From Octopus vulgaris (lineage: Eukaryota), in NCBI GenBank assembly GCA_951406725.2, contig OX597816.1, positions 83,886,001 to 83,950,000 of the forward strand: 64,000 nt of DNA, read 5' to 3'. A program made the position numbers and the translations under genes. The notes below the pieces were generated by a model. It was not told the origin of the DNA, did no database searches, and saw only the letters and a list, made by a program, of their open reading frames with translations. Position 1 is the first letter of the stretch; each line of letters opens with the position of its first letter. Shown here piece by piece: positions 13,840 to 27,865 of this stretch.

Positions 13840-15050
13840 TTGGGTCATCCCATAAATATAAAGCAATTTTTTTCAGTTGCATGAACTAAAAGTTGAAGGG
13901 GGACAGGATAAACTACCTGCATCAACTTGCTATAAAAGCAGGTAGTAATTTTACCTTGTCCCTTATTCTTAGTGAAAGTTTTGAAGAGTGCAGTTCGGTC
14001 TTAACAGTTATTTTTTCAAAGCTGTAATGGAAGTGACAAGGGAGCATATTCGGTATATTTTGCTTTATGAGTTCAATAAAGGCAACAACGCAATGGAAAG
14101 TTCGAGGAATATTAACGCAGTATATGATGATCGGACAATAAGCGTAAGCCAGTGTCAACAGTGGTTCAAGAAATTCCCAGCCGAAAACTACAGCGTAGAA
14201 GACCAGCCTCGTTGTGAAAGATCTGTAGAGCTTGACGAGGATTCCCTGCAAATACTGGTGGATCTAGCAGAGAAGCTTGGATTTAGTCATTCAACTATTC
14301 ATCAACATCTGCGTGCCATCTGCTTTCCCAGTCTAATCGCGCGCTGAGAGTGAATGTGAGCTCTTCTTTACTGTCATGACTCACGAATGAACTGTTTCTG
14401 GGCCGAACAGAGACTGGTAACGAGAAATGGGTTCTATAAAAAAGGCCAAGCACAGAAGATAGTGGGTAGGGAAAGGAGAAACACTGGCACGCCAGGCTAA
14501 AGAAGTTCTTCACCCACGTAAGGTGTTGTTATCTGTTTGGTGGAATGAAAGGTTGAGTCTACTTTGAACTTTTAAACCCAAACCAAGAGATAAAGGAGAT
14601 CTACTACGAGTTTTTTTAGCGGCTTAAGTCAGAAAAATGACCATCTTTGGTTTCAAGATGAAAGGTTTTCTTCCATCAGGATATTGCTCGACCACATAGA
14701 GCGATGATGACATTCCAAAAGCTGGATCAGTTTGAATGGGAAACTATGCTCCACCCAGTATATTCGAGGGGGATTGCTCCGTTGGATTATCATGTATTCC
14801 GCAGTCTTCAAAATCATTTGGACAGAAGAATATGATTTCTGTAGACGAGGTCAGAACAATACTGGAGGAGTATTTCTCGTCACGAACAAGTGAATTTTCG
14901 AAGAGGAGTCTTGCAAGTCTACCAGATAGGTGGAAGAGCATTGTAGAAAATGAGTGAGAGTATATTTTAGATTAAAACAGAGCTTAGTTTATCTTAATTT
15001 TGAAAAATGTAAGAATTATAAAAAACCGCATTATTTATGGGATGAACCAA
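13840..15050 (+). mobile_element. Full-length decayed mariner (Tc1/mariner) DNA transposon
   Basis: TIRs ttgggtcatcccataaata... and ...tatttatgggatgaaccaa, flanked by TA; length about 1.2 kb; internal transposase remnant. Confidence 0.95.
14027..14975 (+). pseudogene. Mariner transposase pseudogene
   Basis: N-terminal HTH MEVTREHIRYILLYEFNKG...QWFKKF; catalytic remnants TGNEKWV, HQDIARPH and HPVYSRGIAPLDYHVF; C-terminus LPDRWKSIVENE*EYILD. Multiple frameshifts and stops. Confidence 0.92.
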
Positions 15051-15108
15051 TATATATATATATTCATATGTGTGTGAGTTAGTGTGTGTGTGTGTGTGCG
15101 TGTGTAAA

Positions 15109-15182
15109 TGTAGCTAGGGTGTTAGGAAACACCTACATTGCTAGAAATTTATATATGTATATATATATGCACACACACATAC

Positions 15183-15240
<58 letters not shown>

Positions 15241-15242
15241 CT
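15109..15242 (+). repeat. Donor copy of an exact 134-bp dispersed duplication (other copy 19148-19281)
   Basis: Base-for-base identical at offset 4039, including microsatellite lengths. Confidence 0.95.
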
Positions 15243-16119
15243 GTGTATCTATGTATATTTTTCTAATCACAAAAGCAGGCGTTTTTTACATAACCAATTG
15301 ACCAGTTCACTCATATACACATTCTCAAACTAACAGACAAAATACTTCTTCCAAGAAAAATAAATAAAAATGAAAACAAATTCCTACAAAAGAAAAAAAT
15401 AAATAAAGCCAACCACAACGTGACACCCCGCACGAAATTCTGTTAAAAAGCTAAAACTTACATTTCAAAAAAAGTTCCCTTGTTCGAAGATTCCGACTTT
15501 AGATGAAACTACTAGTTACTTTCAGGCGTTGAAATTTACAATGCCAACATATTACAAAATTTAGCAATAGGCAGAACAATATATATCGCGTAGCAACAAA
15601 CCGAAAAATACAATTACTGGTCTACATAATAGCAACCACGACACGATACCACCCCCTGGTTATCTAACAATATATGGAAATGGCAAAGAAATAATGAGAA
15701 GTATAAATAACAGTAATAACAATAACAACGTCCGTAACAACAATATCAGATTCACGAGTAACAGCTACAAGTGTAATAGATGAAAAGATGAGTATAGGTA
15801 ATTTTCTAAGAAGCCGTTATCTAGAAGCTAATTAAACATTCCAGTTCATATAGATTTTGGTTTGAGAATTTAGGACGAAAAGCTAAAATTCTAAGGTTTT
15901 AAAGTTGATTAGCATTTCCGAAATAAACAATAACCATATATTTACAACATGTAAAATTAGTTACATGATGTAAGATGTTACTTACATATAAATGTTGAAT
16001 TTTGTCGAACATATGAGAAATATACATTTTTGCATGTATATGGTTAACAGAAATTCACTCCTTACCGCGTGATTCGAGTTATAGCAAATTATATATATGT
16101 ATATATATATATCGTCAAT

Positions 16120-16310
16120 TCAAATAAACGGATAAAAAGTGAGAATAAAGAAAAGAGAAAATACAACGAACGTGAGGGTGTGCACAAGAAGTATATTAGC
16201 TTGACGTTCGGTGAAAGGAGAGAGTTTAACGTTTCGAGCACAACTCATCGTCGGAAAGGAGAAACGGAAAACTCCAGAGAAGGAGGAGAAGTAGCCAACG
16301 GGCCACGTGT
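16120..16310 (-). mobile_element. Family D-related repeat with hammerhead-like motif
   Basis: Minus strand 16225-16257: ttt-CCGACGA-T-GAGT-tgt-GCTC-GAA-ACGT-T-aaa; flanks resemble family D. Confidence 0.7.
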
Positions 16311-17199
16311 AGTTAGATTGCTGAATACATATACATATATTCATACACACACACACACAAACAAACACACACACACACACAAACACAATCACATATACAC
16401 ACACACAAACACACACACACATGCGCACACGTAGTGAACAGCTGACACCACCATACATCTCCAGCGTTAGAAGCTGTGCAAATGCAATGATAATAATATT
16501 TTAAAATCTGTACTTATTCCTTATTTGTTTACTTTTTGTCTTTTTGGGGGGTAGGAGAGTTATCTCGGTATTTAGTTGATATTTTTAAGCAGTTGTTAAT
16601 GACTTGGCATAATCACTCAGGTATAAAACTGGCTTTTGATACGATCTAATATCATTGCAAATTTCACTCCATGCACGTTGGAAGATGAGAAATCGTGTTG
16701 ATAGATATTCAACAACAGAAAATCTTTCATTCCAATTACATGAGTGATTAAAAAATCCAGTGGCTAGTTAAAAGATCAATTTCCGTAATAGCAATCAGGA
16801 ATATCCTATAAGAAAATATAAACACACGTCTACCAAACGTAGAAGATTGCAGAGAAAATATCTGCAGCAGTATCTCTGATATCAGTGCAAAATACAGTGA
16901 CTCTGCGAGTCAAATGGGAAAGTGAGGTTAATTTAGATGCCAGATGAGTTGCTAATAATAAAAGACAAATGTCTGAAAAAAACAAGTGAATGTCTTTAAG
17001 AAATATCACATACTAGAAAATGCAATATCGTATGCGTAAAGTAGTAGAAGTATTATAATGATGTGGACAATAAAAGTGGTGCCTGGAAAGAAGAATAGTA
17101 CATCACACCGTTGTATAGCCCAGTAACACCGTGGCATTTATTTAAGTCTAACAGGAAACGCTTTCAGAAGCAGGTTAAATCAATTAAGTCGCTCGTTCC

Positions 17200-17265
17200 G
17201 TCAGTGCTGATCCGGAACCATGTGGTTGGGAAGAAAGCTTCTTACCACATAGTCACGCCTGCGCC
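17200..17265 (-). mobile_element. SINE family B head fragment
   Basis: Reverse complement reads ggcgcaggcgtgactatgtggtaagaagctttcttcccaaccacatggttcc. Confidence 0.75.
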
Positions 17266-17343
17266 TATACATACATACATACATACATACATACATACAT
17301 ACATACATACATACATACATACATACATACATACATAATGGAA

Positions 17344-17695
17344 GCACTCTGTCGGTTACGACGACGAGGGTTCCGGTTGATCCGATCAACGGAACAGCCT
17401 GCTCGTGAAATTAACGTGTAAGTGGTTGAGCACTCCACAGACACGTGTACCCTTAACGTAGTTCTCGGGGATATTCAGCGTGACACAGAGAGTGACAAGG
17501 CCGGCCCTTTGAAATACAGGTACAACAGAAATAGGAAGTAAGAGTGAGAGAAAGTTGTGGTGAAAGAGTACAGCAGAGATCACCACCATCCCTGCCGGAG
17601 CCTCGTGGAGCTTTAGGTGTTTTCGCTCAATAAACACTCACAACGCCCGGTCTGGGAATCGAAACCGCGATCCTACGACCGCGAGTCCGCTGTCC
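17344..17695 (-). mobile_element. Well-preserved SINE family C, subfamily with a different internal segment
   Basis: tRNA-like head (ggacagcggactcgcggtcgtaggatcgcggtttcgattcccag). The 3' half matches 46290-46440. Confidence 0.9.
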
Positions 17696-19014
17696 TATAT
17701 ATACATATATATATATATGTATGTATATAAAATATATATATATGTATATATAAAATATATATATATGCATGTATATTCTAGGTGGTAGTGGTGCATCTCC
17801 GTCGACCAACTAAATAATCTGCTCCTGCGTTTAAGTGACTGAGTATTCTACAAACACGTATATCTTTTATATAATATTCAGGTGAACTTAGTCTGTGTTT
17901 GTGTGCGACATGGCTGTAGATTTTGAACTTCGGTTACAATATAGGATAGAGGTTTCATCTACCCATTTTTTCTCACTAAGTACGATTCGACAACAAGGCT
18001 GTAAAAAGTAATACTGACTCAAGATGTCACGTACTTATATCTTAAGCAAATACTACATATTACAAATAAAATTGTTTCAAGAATGTTGTATCGCCAAAGA
18101 TTTAAACGAACCAAGCAGTTCTCAGCTGATGCTTACTGGAAAACATGGGAAACGATGTTAATAGTCTAGTTCCCAGAGTATTGTGTCTAGTTCGACAAAT
18201 TATTGCGTGATTCCATGAAGCCTTTTAAATCTATCAACTATGAATTAAGACCGTATTAGATTTGTCTGCTACAATTTTCCACGCTATCCAACTCCTTAAT
18301 TCTCTATCGCATTCTCGCTTCAACTCTCCGTGTCAGCTGTGTGTGTTTGTGTGTATGCATGCATACACATACATGTTTACTTCCACATACACACATACAC
18401 ACACACACGCATACATGGATATATATACAATAACATTGCTATATTATGAAGAACGAGAGAGGTATCGTGCTCAATACGTGTCATAGCGGATAGCGGATAG
18501 CGTTTTTTTATTGAAACAAAGTTTATGTGTGCGTGCGTGCGTGCGTGCGTGCATGCGCGCGTGTGTGTGTGTGCCTAGATGACCACATCGTTTCAGCAAA
18601 ACGAATTTTCCTTAAGGATTAACTGAGATTGTCTGAAACAACTTAAACATTGATAAACTTGAATATGCTTTGACCCAAAATTGGTCCAAGCCTTGTCTAA
18701 ATTAATAGCATCATCTAATAGGTTACATCAAGTTTTGTGGTATCATGGCCCATTCAAGTAGATAGTTATTGACTGAGATTTATCCAGGTCACCTGACTTA
18801 TCTGTCATACCTTCAGGAAATTTGTCTAGGTGTCGTTTGAATGTGACGGGATCTTTGGGATAATGCTAAATAGAGCAACACCTGTTGAGGAAAAGAAATT
18901 ATGTTGCTGTGTATTTACGCGTTGTGAACTTGACATGGGTAGGGGGAACAGGGCATGTTGTGTGTGTGTGCGTTTGTGCGTGTCTACTGGAATGATTGAC
19001 CGCTAGCTCCAACA

Positions 19015-19221
19015 ATTATTTTATTCTCTCTCTGTTTATTTCCTCGTGTTCCTTTCTGTTGAAGAGCGTAAGCTCGAAACGTAAAAGACTTTCTCACATT
19101 CCCGAGCGCTAAACTAATACACCTGGTTGTTGTTTATACAGCTGCCTTGTAGCTAGGGTGTTAGGAAACACCTACATTGCTAGAAATTTATATATGTATA
19201 TATATATGCACACACACATAC

Positions 19222-19279
<58 letters not shown>

Positions 19280-19320
19280 CTTTTGTGTGTGTCTTCGTCT
19301 TTTGTTTTTCTGCAAATTTC
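19015..19320 (+). mobile_element. Family D repeat with hammerhead-like motif, interrupted by a 134-bp insert
   Basis: 19052-19087: cttt-CTGTTGA-A-GAGC-gtaa-GCTC-GAA-ACGT-A-aaag. The element resumes at gtcttcgtcttttg (~19291), as in the copy at 40720. Confidence 0.85.
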
Positions 19321-19321
19321 A

Positions 19322-19368
<47 letters not shown>

Positions 19369-19961
19369 ATATATGGCTAAATGAATACATATAAACCTAA
19401 ATACATGACATACATACATACATGCAGTTATACACACATATAGGTACATACACAGATATATATATTCATCCCCCGACTCCTAGTCCATGTACGCACACAC
19501 TCACACACACACACCCAGTCACATCTGTATTTATGAGGCATCCTCAAATTTCAACAAAATCGCAGACGTGTGCGTGTCAGAATGTATGCTTACGTATGTC
19601 CTTAAGTGTATCGTTTGTGCAACTGCGTACATAGGTAGATTTCTGTGCGTTTGTGAGTGTATGCGTGATCGGGTGCGAGTGTGCGTCTGGGCATGTGTAT
19701 AAATGTGTGTAATAAAATACACACCTCTGTTTAATTGAATAACACCTGCTTGAGGCGTTGAAATAATAAATGTTTCGATAATTGGTTCATTCAATAACCG
19801 TAACACATCAATCTTGTTGATGAGTTGTTATCAATGTCTCATAGACTTTTGTGTCTGAATGTGCCGTCATATAAACAGGTATACACGTGTGGATGTGTAT
19901 ATATGTGTGTGTATGTGTGTCTGATATAAAGTGAAGAAAAATGTTGGGCGCATATATATAT

Positions 19962-20033
<72 letters not shown>

Positions 20034-21419
20034 AGATAAAGGTATGTGTGCATGCGCAGATGTATGTATATGTATGTATATATATATATATATATACATA
20101 TATATGAATACATATATATATATATACACATACATGAATACATAACTACATCTCTTTCCACCTCTCTCTCCCTCTCTGTCTGTCACTCCCTCCTCATTCT
20201 CCGAAAGATAGTTTTACTCTATATCTATACATATGTGCGCATGTGTGAATTGCTTTTTGTACGCATGTGCATATATATACGTATATACGTACATATCTCT
20301 CATAAACACAGAGAACTCTTAGAACACACAGACGTACGCACACACACAACGCTAATTTTGTCTGTGTTGCCATACTGTTGATGTGAAATTTTGTATCGTG
20401 ACAAAATCTATATTGAGAGAGTCATTTTGCCATGACAAAACACACGCACTGGTACTCTTTAACTTCGTCTCAGTATAATTACCCAACTTGTTCACTAATT
20501 AACCATTGTTTGATCAATTAATCAATCAGTTATGTCAGTGTCTTTTCATTATTTTTGCGACTTCATCAATAACATGCCCTTGTTAGTTGCATGTTCACAT
20601 ACATATATACATATATGTACATACACACACGCACACATACACACACGCACACAAACACACACACATATATACATATACATATATATGTATATATATATAT
20701 ATGTATATATATATATGTATTATATATATTATATATATGCATACATATATATAATATATATGTGCATATATACGCTTGTGTGTATATATATACTTGCATA
20801 CATATATCTATATATATCCTCACACACACACACACATATATATATACCTACACGCATACATATGATAGATATGTACATATGTATATATGTATCTATCTGC
20901 TGCTATGCTGGGGTGCCACATTTGGATTGCTTGATTTGCGACTCTTTTACTATTTGAAACCTCCTCTGATATATATGGCTTTTTGTGAACGAGGGAATTT
21001 AATGCTGCTGCCATCATCTACGCTTGTTGCCAAGAGGTAGGTTTATCAGAATCTCTTGAGAAGAAACCCAAGGTCTTGTATTATCTGGTCCTGTATTCTG
21101 ATGGTAATGTTGGCAATTTTTCCGCTATGCAGTGGGGTTCCGTTCTGACGTTTGCGTAACTTTCAATGCCAAAGTTTAATATTATTTATGAAAGTTTACA
21201 GAAGGGATTTAATTTTACGTTATCGTTTCGGAATGTCGTCAAGAGGTTTGCTGTTACAACATTATATTCATGTCTTTCGTAGTCCGAGTCAGTTCTGCAA
21301 TTTGTTGCTGAACGACTTGGACAAATGATTTCTTCATAGAGATCAAATATATGTACTGTATATTAGTTCACTTCCTTCGTCAAATCGGTGTTTCCTGAAC
21401 AGATGCATGATGCTTCATC

Positions 21420-21558
21420 CACCGGGTGTCGACGTGATCGCAGAGCAACGTGAAGTGTCATGTTTTGCTCAAGCATACAATACACCACCCGGTTCAAGAA
21501 TTAAAACCACAATCAAACAATCATGAGTGCAACGCCCAAACCACTATGCCCTGTGCCC
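21420..21558 (-). mobile_element. Degenerate SINE family C head
   Basis: Similar to 12852-12963. Confidence 0.65.
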
Positions 21559-21604
21559 TCATAACACACACACATACACACACATAAGTATCCGTACAAC
21601 AATA

Positions 21605-21822
21605 CGAGGGTGTGTTGAAAAGTTTCTGACTTTGGGTAAAAGAAAAATACAGGATGATCAGTTAATTTTGATTTTAGCCAACATATCCTCTATCAGATTC
21701 GCACAATTATTGCCTGCGATACTTCAGTTTGTCTAAGCCCTGAGAAAGAACTCCGAAATTTGTGCCTTCAACTAGACCTTTCGCGATCCTCTTAAAGCTA
21801 AGAACTTTTCAGCATTCCCTCG
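21605..21822. mobile_element. Mariner-type MITE
   Basis: TIRs cgagggtgtgttgaaaagtt and aacttttcagcattccctcg with TA on both sides; a partial second copy lies at ~34027-34140. Confidence 0.85.
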
Positions 21823-22546
21823 TATATGTGTATGTGTATGTATGCATATATGTCTGTCTATACACAATCAGGTCCAAACACTGGCTCATACACACGCGGG
21901 TTTGTGCCTGCATATATACATATCTATATAAAATATGTATATTCTCATATATAGACTCATTGTTACACACATATATATAATAAACATATACAGATGAATA
22001 TGCACATACATATACACAAAAACATGTATGTGTGGACATATATATATATATAATTATACATACACATTAACATTAAACTATACGTATGCTCATGCACATC
22101 CGAATACACACATATATATGAACATATATACGTGTGCAAATACATGTATGTGATATATATAATACACTGCTTGTACCTGTATGAAAGAAAATAACATTTT
22201 ATTGAGAAAATCCCATTAACATTTTTTTACACTCTCTTACGCGTTAACAGATTTATTTCCATAGTTAATCACTGTAATTATATTTATAATTATGTTTAAC
22301 ACCTCATTTTTTAAATACGTCTTAGTCTCACACCTTACGAATTACGAATGTTGTACGTGTATGTGAATGTACGTATGCATCTGTGTATGTATGTGTGTGT
22401 GTTTGTGCGTGTGTGTGTGTATGTGTGTATTATGTGTGTGTGGATACATATACGCGTAATTTGTGTGCCAATATATATGTATAATAACTGTATTACGTCT
22501 TATTTTCATTTAAAATTTCGATATATATTAAATAGTTGTACGTTCG

Positions 22547-22578
<32 letters not shown>

Positions 22579-22779
22579 TACGTACATGCATACACACACG
22601 CAAGCATACATATGTACATGCATACACACACATACATATATACCACTATATATATATATATGTGTGTGTGTGTGTAATATACATATATATATATATGCGA
22701 GCGTTGGGTACATCTGAAAGTATGAGCTATTATATAAATATAACCGTGTATTACTGATTACTGGATATAATATAAGCAT

Positions 22780-22846
22780 ATATATATATATACATACATA
22801 TATACATACATATATATGTATGTATATATGTATGTATATATGTATG

Positions 22847-22924
<78 letters not shown>

Positions 22925-22992
22925 TATGTATATATATATATGTATGTATGTATATATATGTATATATATATGTATATATATATATATGTATA

Positions 22993-23050
<58 letters not shown>
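22780..23050. repeat. Long interrupted (TA)n/(TATG)n tract
   Basis: Read directly from the sequence. Confidence 0.95.
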
Positions 23051-23429
23051 CTCTGTATACGTTCACACACCCAAGCGTGCATAGACATACCAATAATTCG
23101 TACTTACAAGTATGATGACAAAGGTTATACCTTTGAGACTGACAGATCAACAGTATATTGGTGTGGCCTAAAATAATACAGCCGAATTAAAATACAAGCC
23201 GAATTAAAATACAAGCGACCAGACATTGTACTTTTAGGAGACAAAATATAAACATATACTACGTTGTCGGAATGAGCTGTCTGCTTGACACTACATTAGT
23301 GTATAAAATTCATGAGAAATAAAACATATCCGGACCATTGATATGCAGTTTATACATCAGGTCAGGAAGTGAAACAACAGCAGAGCCATCGAACACCAAT
23401 GCATATGTGTGTGTGTATATGTATGTAAG

Positions 23430-23466
<37 letters not shown>

Positions 23467-23475
23467 ACACACACA

Positions 23476-23549
<74 letters not shown>

Positions 23550-26484
23550 ATACATTTCTAAAATTAAAGAGAAACATGACACAGGGAAGAACGGAAAATA
23601 TACACAACATACGGACGTGCTCATTCCTCGTCAGTCATCGTTCTCCCTAAGATCCTTATAATATCATTATATATATATACATATATATTTATATATATAC
23701 ATATATATATATATATGTAGAGAGAGAGAGAGGGGGAGAGGGGGACAAAGAGAGATGTGTAAACACATAGATAATGGGCATCATGCATTTATTTGTTCTT
23801 ACATCTGTTTCTGATATGCATTTTTGGTGTGTTAATGACTCAGCCTAATCAGTCGGTCAAATGATGAATTGAAAATAGTGAAGGACTGATGCATTTATAA
23901 CAGCAGTAGGCGTAAGAAGCACATTTATGCATGTAGACATGTAGTCATACATACCTAGACCACAATTTGCTCTCACAATTCTTAGGCAGATCCAAAGTTA
24001 TGTAAGAATAAATTTTACCTGTGAGATTGACTTAAGAAATTTCAAAGTGGATTTCTGAAGTACGCTACGACGTTTTTATAAAGAATTTATAGGGAAAACG
24101 AGTTGCATTGAACTGAATTCATCTCGGTAGTCCTTTTTATCTGAATATGATTTACTCATTCTACACTAAAGGGAATTAACAGAAAACTATGGAAACCAAA
24201 ACATACACAAATATAAGACCTAAGCTCAAATTTCTCAATTTTCATCCAGTACTTACCTATTTTAGGACGCACATTTTTATAATTAAGATCAATTGTCAAT
24301 TGACAAAACCATTGAAGGAGTCACAACATGCTTGATCAACGCTTTAGAAATATCAACCAAATCTTCGTATCGCATCCTTTCGTCTTAAAAGGCGGAAGGA
24401 CATAAAATGTATGGCTTAGATGCATTAGCATCGGGAGAGGAAACTGGTCAAGACAAGAGCTAAATCAAGGTGAACATTAACACCAGTTAGTCAGGGGAAT
24501 AGATCACGTAGCCAAATGAGTCGGCCTTATACACCAAAGTTTCCACTTCTACCTGGTCATTGAATGAATTTCATAATTACATGGGGGATATCTAAAAATA
24601 AGTTAGTGGAGACTGCTGAAATGTATTTTTTAGAGAAGCTAAGGAAACAAAGCATCTCATCTGTGTGAAATAATGAGCTGAGAAAAGGAACTCCAAGAAC
24701 AACACCGAACAACAGTCAGGTAGAACTGGAGCAGGGGAGAGTAGTTGACATTACAGACTGTTGCTTGCCTTAGATCCAGTTAAATTGATCTCAGAATAAA
24801 TCAATATTATTCTCTAATAAGCACACACAGACAGAATTTCTCTCTTTCCCGCTCCCCACTCTCTCTCTTTTTCGACTTTTCTTCTTCTAACTAGTTAGAT
24901 AATCTAATATAACATAGCAAGGATGTAATTCTATGCTACATTCATGAAAGCCTATCGTATTTTTATTTCGTATATAGGACGTTCCCTTTGTATATTTTAT
25001 CGTTTTTAATTAACTCTGATTTTGTCTTCGATTAAAAAAATACTGCTCTCACCAACATCGGTGACTCAACCATTCATCTCGTCTGCAAGTTACACCTCGG
25101 CGTACTGTGGTTAAGCAGTAACTTTTTCTTTTTGTCTTGTTGTATGGTTTAGTATGGAATAGCAGGGCAGCGTCCCATAGCCTTCGATATTGGTTTATTC
25201 TCAGAACATGAAACCTGGTCCGAATGCTGCGATGGAATGGAGTCTACTGAAAATACGCCAAATGATGAAGTAGTGGTAAAGAACATGGGTATCTGATTAA
25301 GTCTAACACCCAAGACGTAACACCCAAGATCTAATATTTCTATACAATTTTCACCTGAAAATTTTCATCAGGAAAGTTTGATAGAAGATATTAGCCAAAG
25401 ATTTGGCGTAATGGAAACAAAGATCAAGGAATCGCATGAATGTGAAGAAAAATTCTGGATGAACATAGCCAAAACTGCGCTCTTCTTTACCAGAATACGA
25501 AGCAGACATTACAAATACGAAATGGTAATAATTTTCACTATACAATAAAACTATCTCACTAGTATTTGAATCATTACATAATTTTGTGAAATGGGAATTT
25601 GTTGAAGTTTTAATCAGTCCCGTTTAGGTCAATCCTGATGACTAAACCGTTCTTCAAATTCTTCAAGCCTGACCACCAAGAAACTGATCCATTTGCTTTT
25701 TATTTTTTTTCAGAAATAACATATCTTTGACTGTGATGGCAAAAACTTTTCGCCTGGTGTGTTAAAATTTTAATTTCCTTATCTATTTTGCTGTTAGTGT
25801 ATCACTTACAAGTATTCATGTATTCTAGTTATAATAAATGCTTATAACTATATTTTTATAACATGATATTGTGAATGTAACATGTGTTACCTAAATACAT
25901 ACACACATACATACATTCATATATACACAACATATCAACACATACATTTCAACTTATATGCGCAGGTCTTGCGCTGTTTCCGTCTATCAAGTTACATTTA
26001 CGTATATTGGTCAGAACAAGGCTATAGTTAAAAAACTATGAACTGTGAAATAACCTAAGGAAGCAGTGCTCCAGTTTATGTAAACTCTGTTTAAACGCGC
26101 ATAAATTAACACCTACATGTCTGTGTGTGCGTGTGCGTGGTAGAGTGTGTACATGTAGAAGTATAATTAATACAAAGTGACAGGAAAGCTTACCACAAAA
26201 ATTACACAAGCTTGAATGAAATGTTAAATGTTTATGTATTAATTAGGACTTTCTCAGTATGTTGCCGGGTAGTTGGTTTGTATATGTGTGGGTGGGATGC
26301 AGGCATGTGTGTGAGAAAGAGAAAAAGAAGGAGAGCAAAAATCAAGGAGAAGTGAGGAGCAGAAAAAGACCATAAATGTTTAGTATACATATAAATTGTA
26401 TCTGAATATTTATATTCAAATTTCTACCAGAATTACGTATTCGCGCGCACACGCACATATACGTGTGTGCGCGGGTGTGTGTGA

Positions 26485-26543
<59 letters not shown>

Positions 26544-26811
26544 CATACATATATACATACATATATATATACATATATACATATATATATACATACATAC
26601 ATATATATATATACATATATACATACATATATATATATGTATATATTTATATATGTGTGTATGTGTATATATATATATTTTCTATCTATCTATCCATCCA
26701 TCTATATATATATGTATGTATACATATATATATATATAGATGGATGGATGGATAGATAGAAAATACACACACACACACACACACATAAATATATATATAA
26801 GTATGTATATA

Positions 26812-26848
<37 letters not shown>

Positions 26849-27667
26849 TTGTAAATGTATTTCTCTGTGTGTCTGTTTGTCTGTCTATCTTTCTCTCTGT
26901 CTGCCTGTCTGTATGTATGTATATATGAATACGTATCGTGTTTGCATATATTCTCTATCTGAGTATTTGTATTCAAAACAAGAATTACATATGCATACAC
27001 ACATACACACACACGTGTGTGGATGATTTTATGGCTATATATATGTGTGTGTGCGTTTGTATATGTATATATGTGTGTGTGTATATCTCTGTATGTATGT
27101 ACGTATGTATGTATGTATGTATGTATGTATTTATGCATGTATGGATATATATCGTGTTTGCATGTGTTTTGCGTGATTCTTATAATAATGTGTTCTGAAA
27201 CGTGGTTTTCTATCTGTCTGGCTGTCTGTCTGTCTGTCTGTCTGTCTCTGTCAGTCTGTCTGTCTATCTCTCTCTATTTCATATATATGTATATTCAGTA
27301 TGTGTGTGCGTGAGTGTTGTGTACAGACACATTTATGGATTATGGATGTTTGCTATGTGCATGTACATAGCTAAATGGAGACATATTACATGTACATACA
27401 TGTAATATAAGCCAGCGAAAGAGATTGTATGTCGTTGAACATAAATAACGAATGTTGAACTAAATCATAAAGAAGCAAATAAGAGGAGAGAGAGAGAGAG
27501 AGAGAGGGGGGGATAAAATGACCATTGGTACAACGGTTTTGATCATAAGTTTCTGGAATCAGGTGTAGTATTGCCTTAAATAGTTAACAGCCTATAGCAC
27601 GTAAAACATTTGGTTTTAGAATCTGTGGTATTGATATATAGAGGCATTATCGATCACACACACACAC

Positions 27668-27742
<75 letters not shown>

Positions 27743-27865
27743 TAGATAGATAGATAGATAGATAAGGAAATAATTTATTCTCAAACGCAGAATAATGCTT
27801 AATATAATAGCAGGAACAGGATAAATTATATTTTGCAGAAAAATCGGTCAATGACCAACTGTACC

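Noticed and set aside
17640-17695. tRNA-like sequence (also at 5142, 30423, 46136, 60474)
   Set aside because: These are SINE heads with A/B-box similarity that continue into SINE bodies; no complete cloverleaf is evident.
20900-21380. Possible decayed LINE N-terminal region (similarly 25060-25560)
   Set aside because: Too degenerate to assign by eye.
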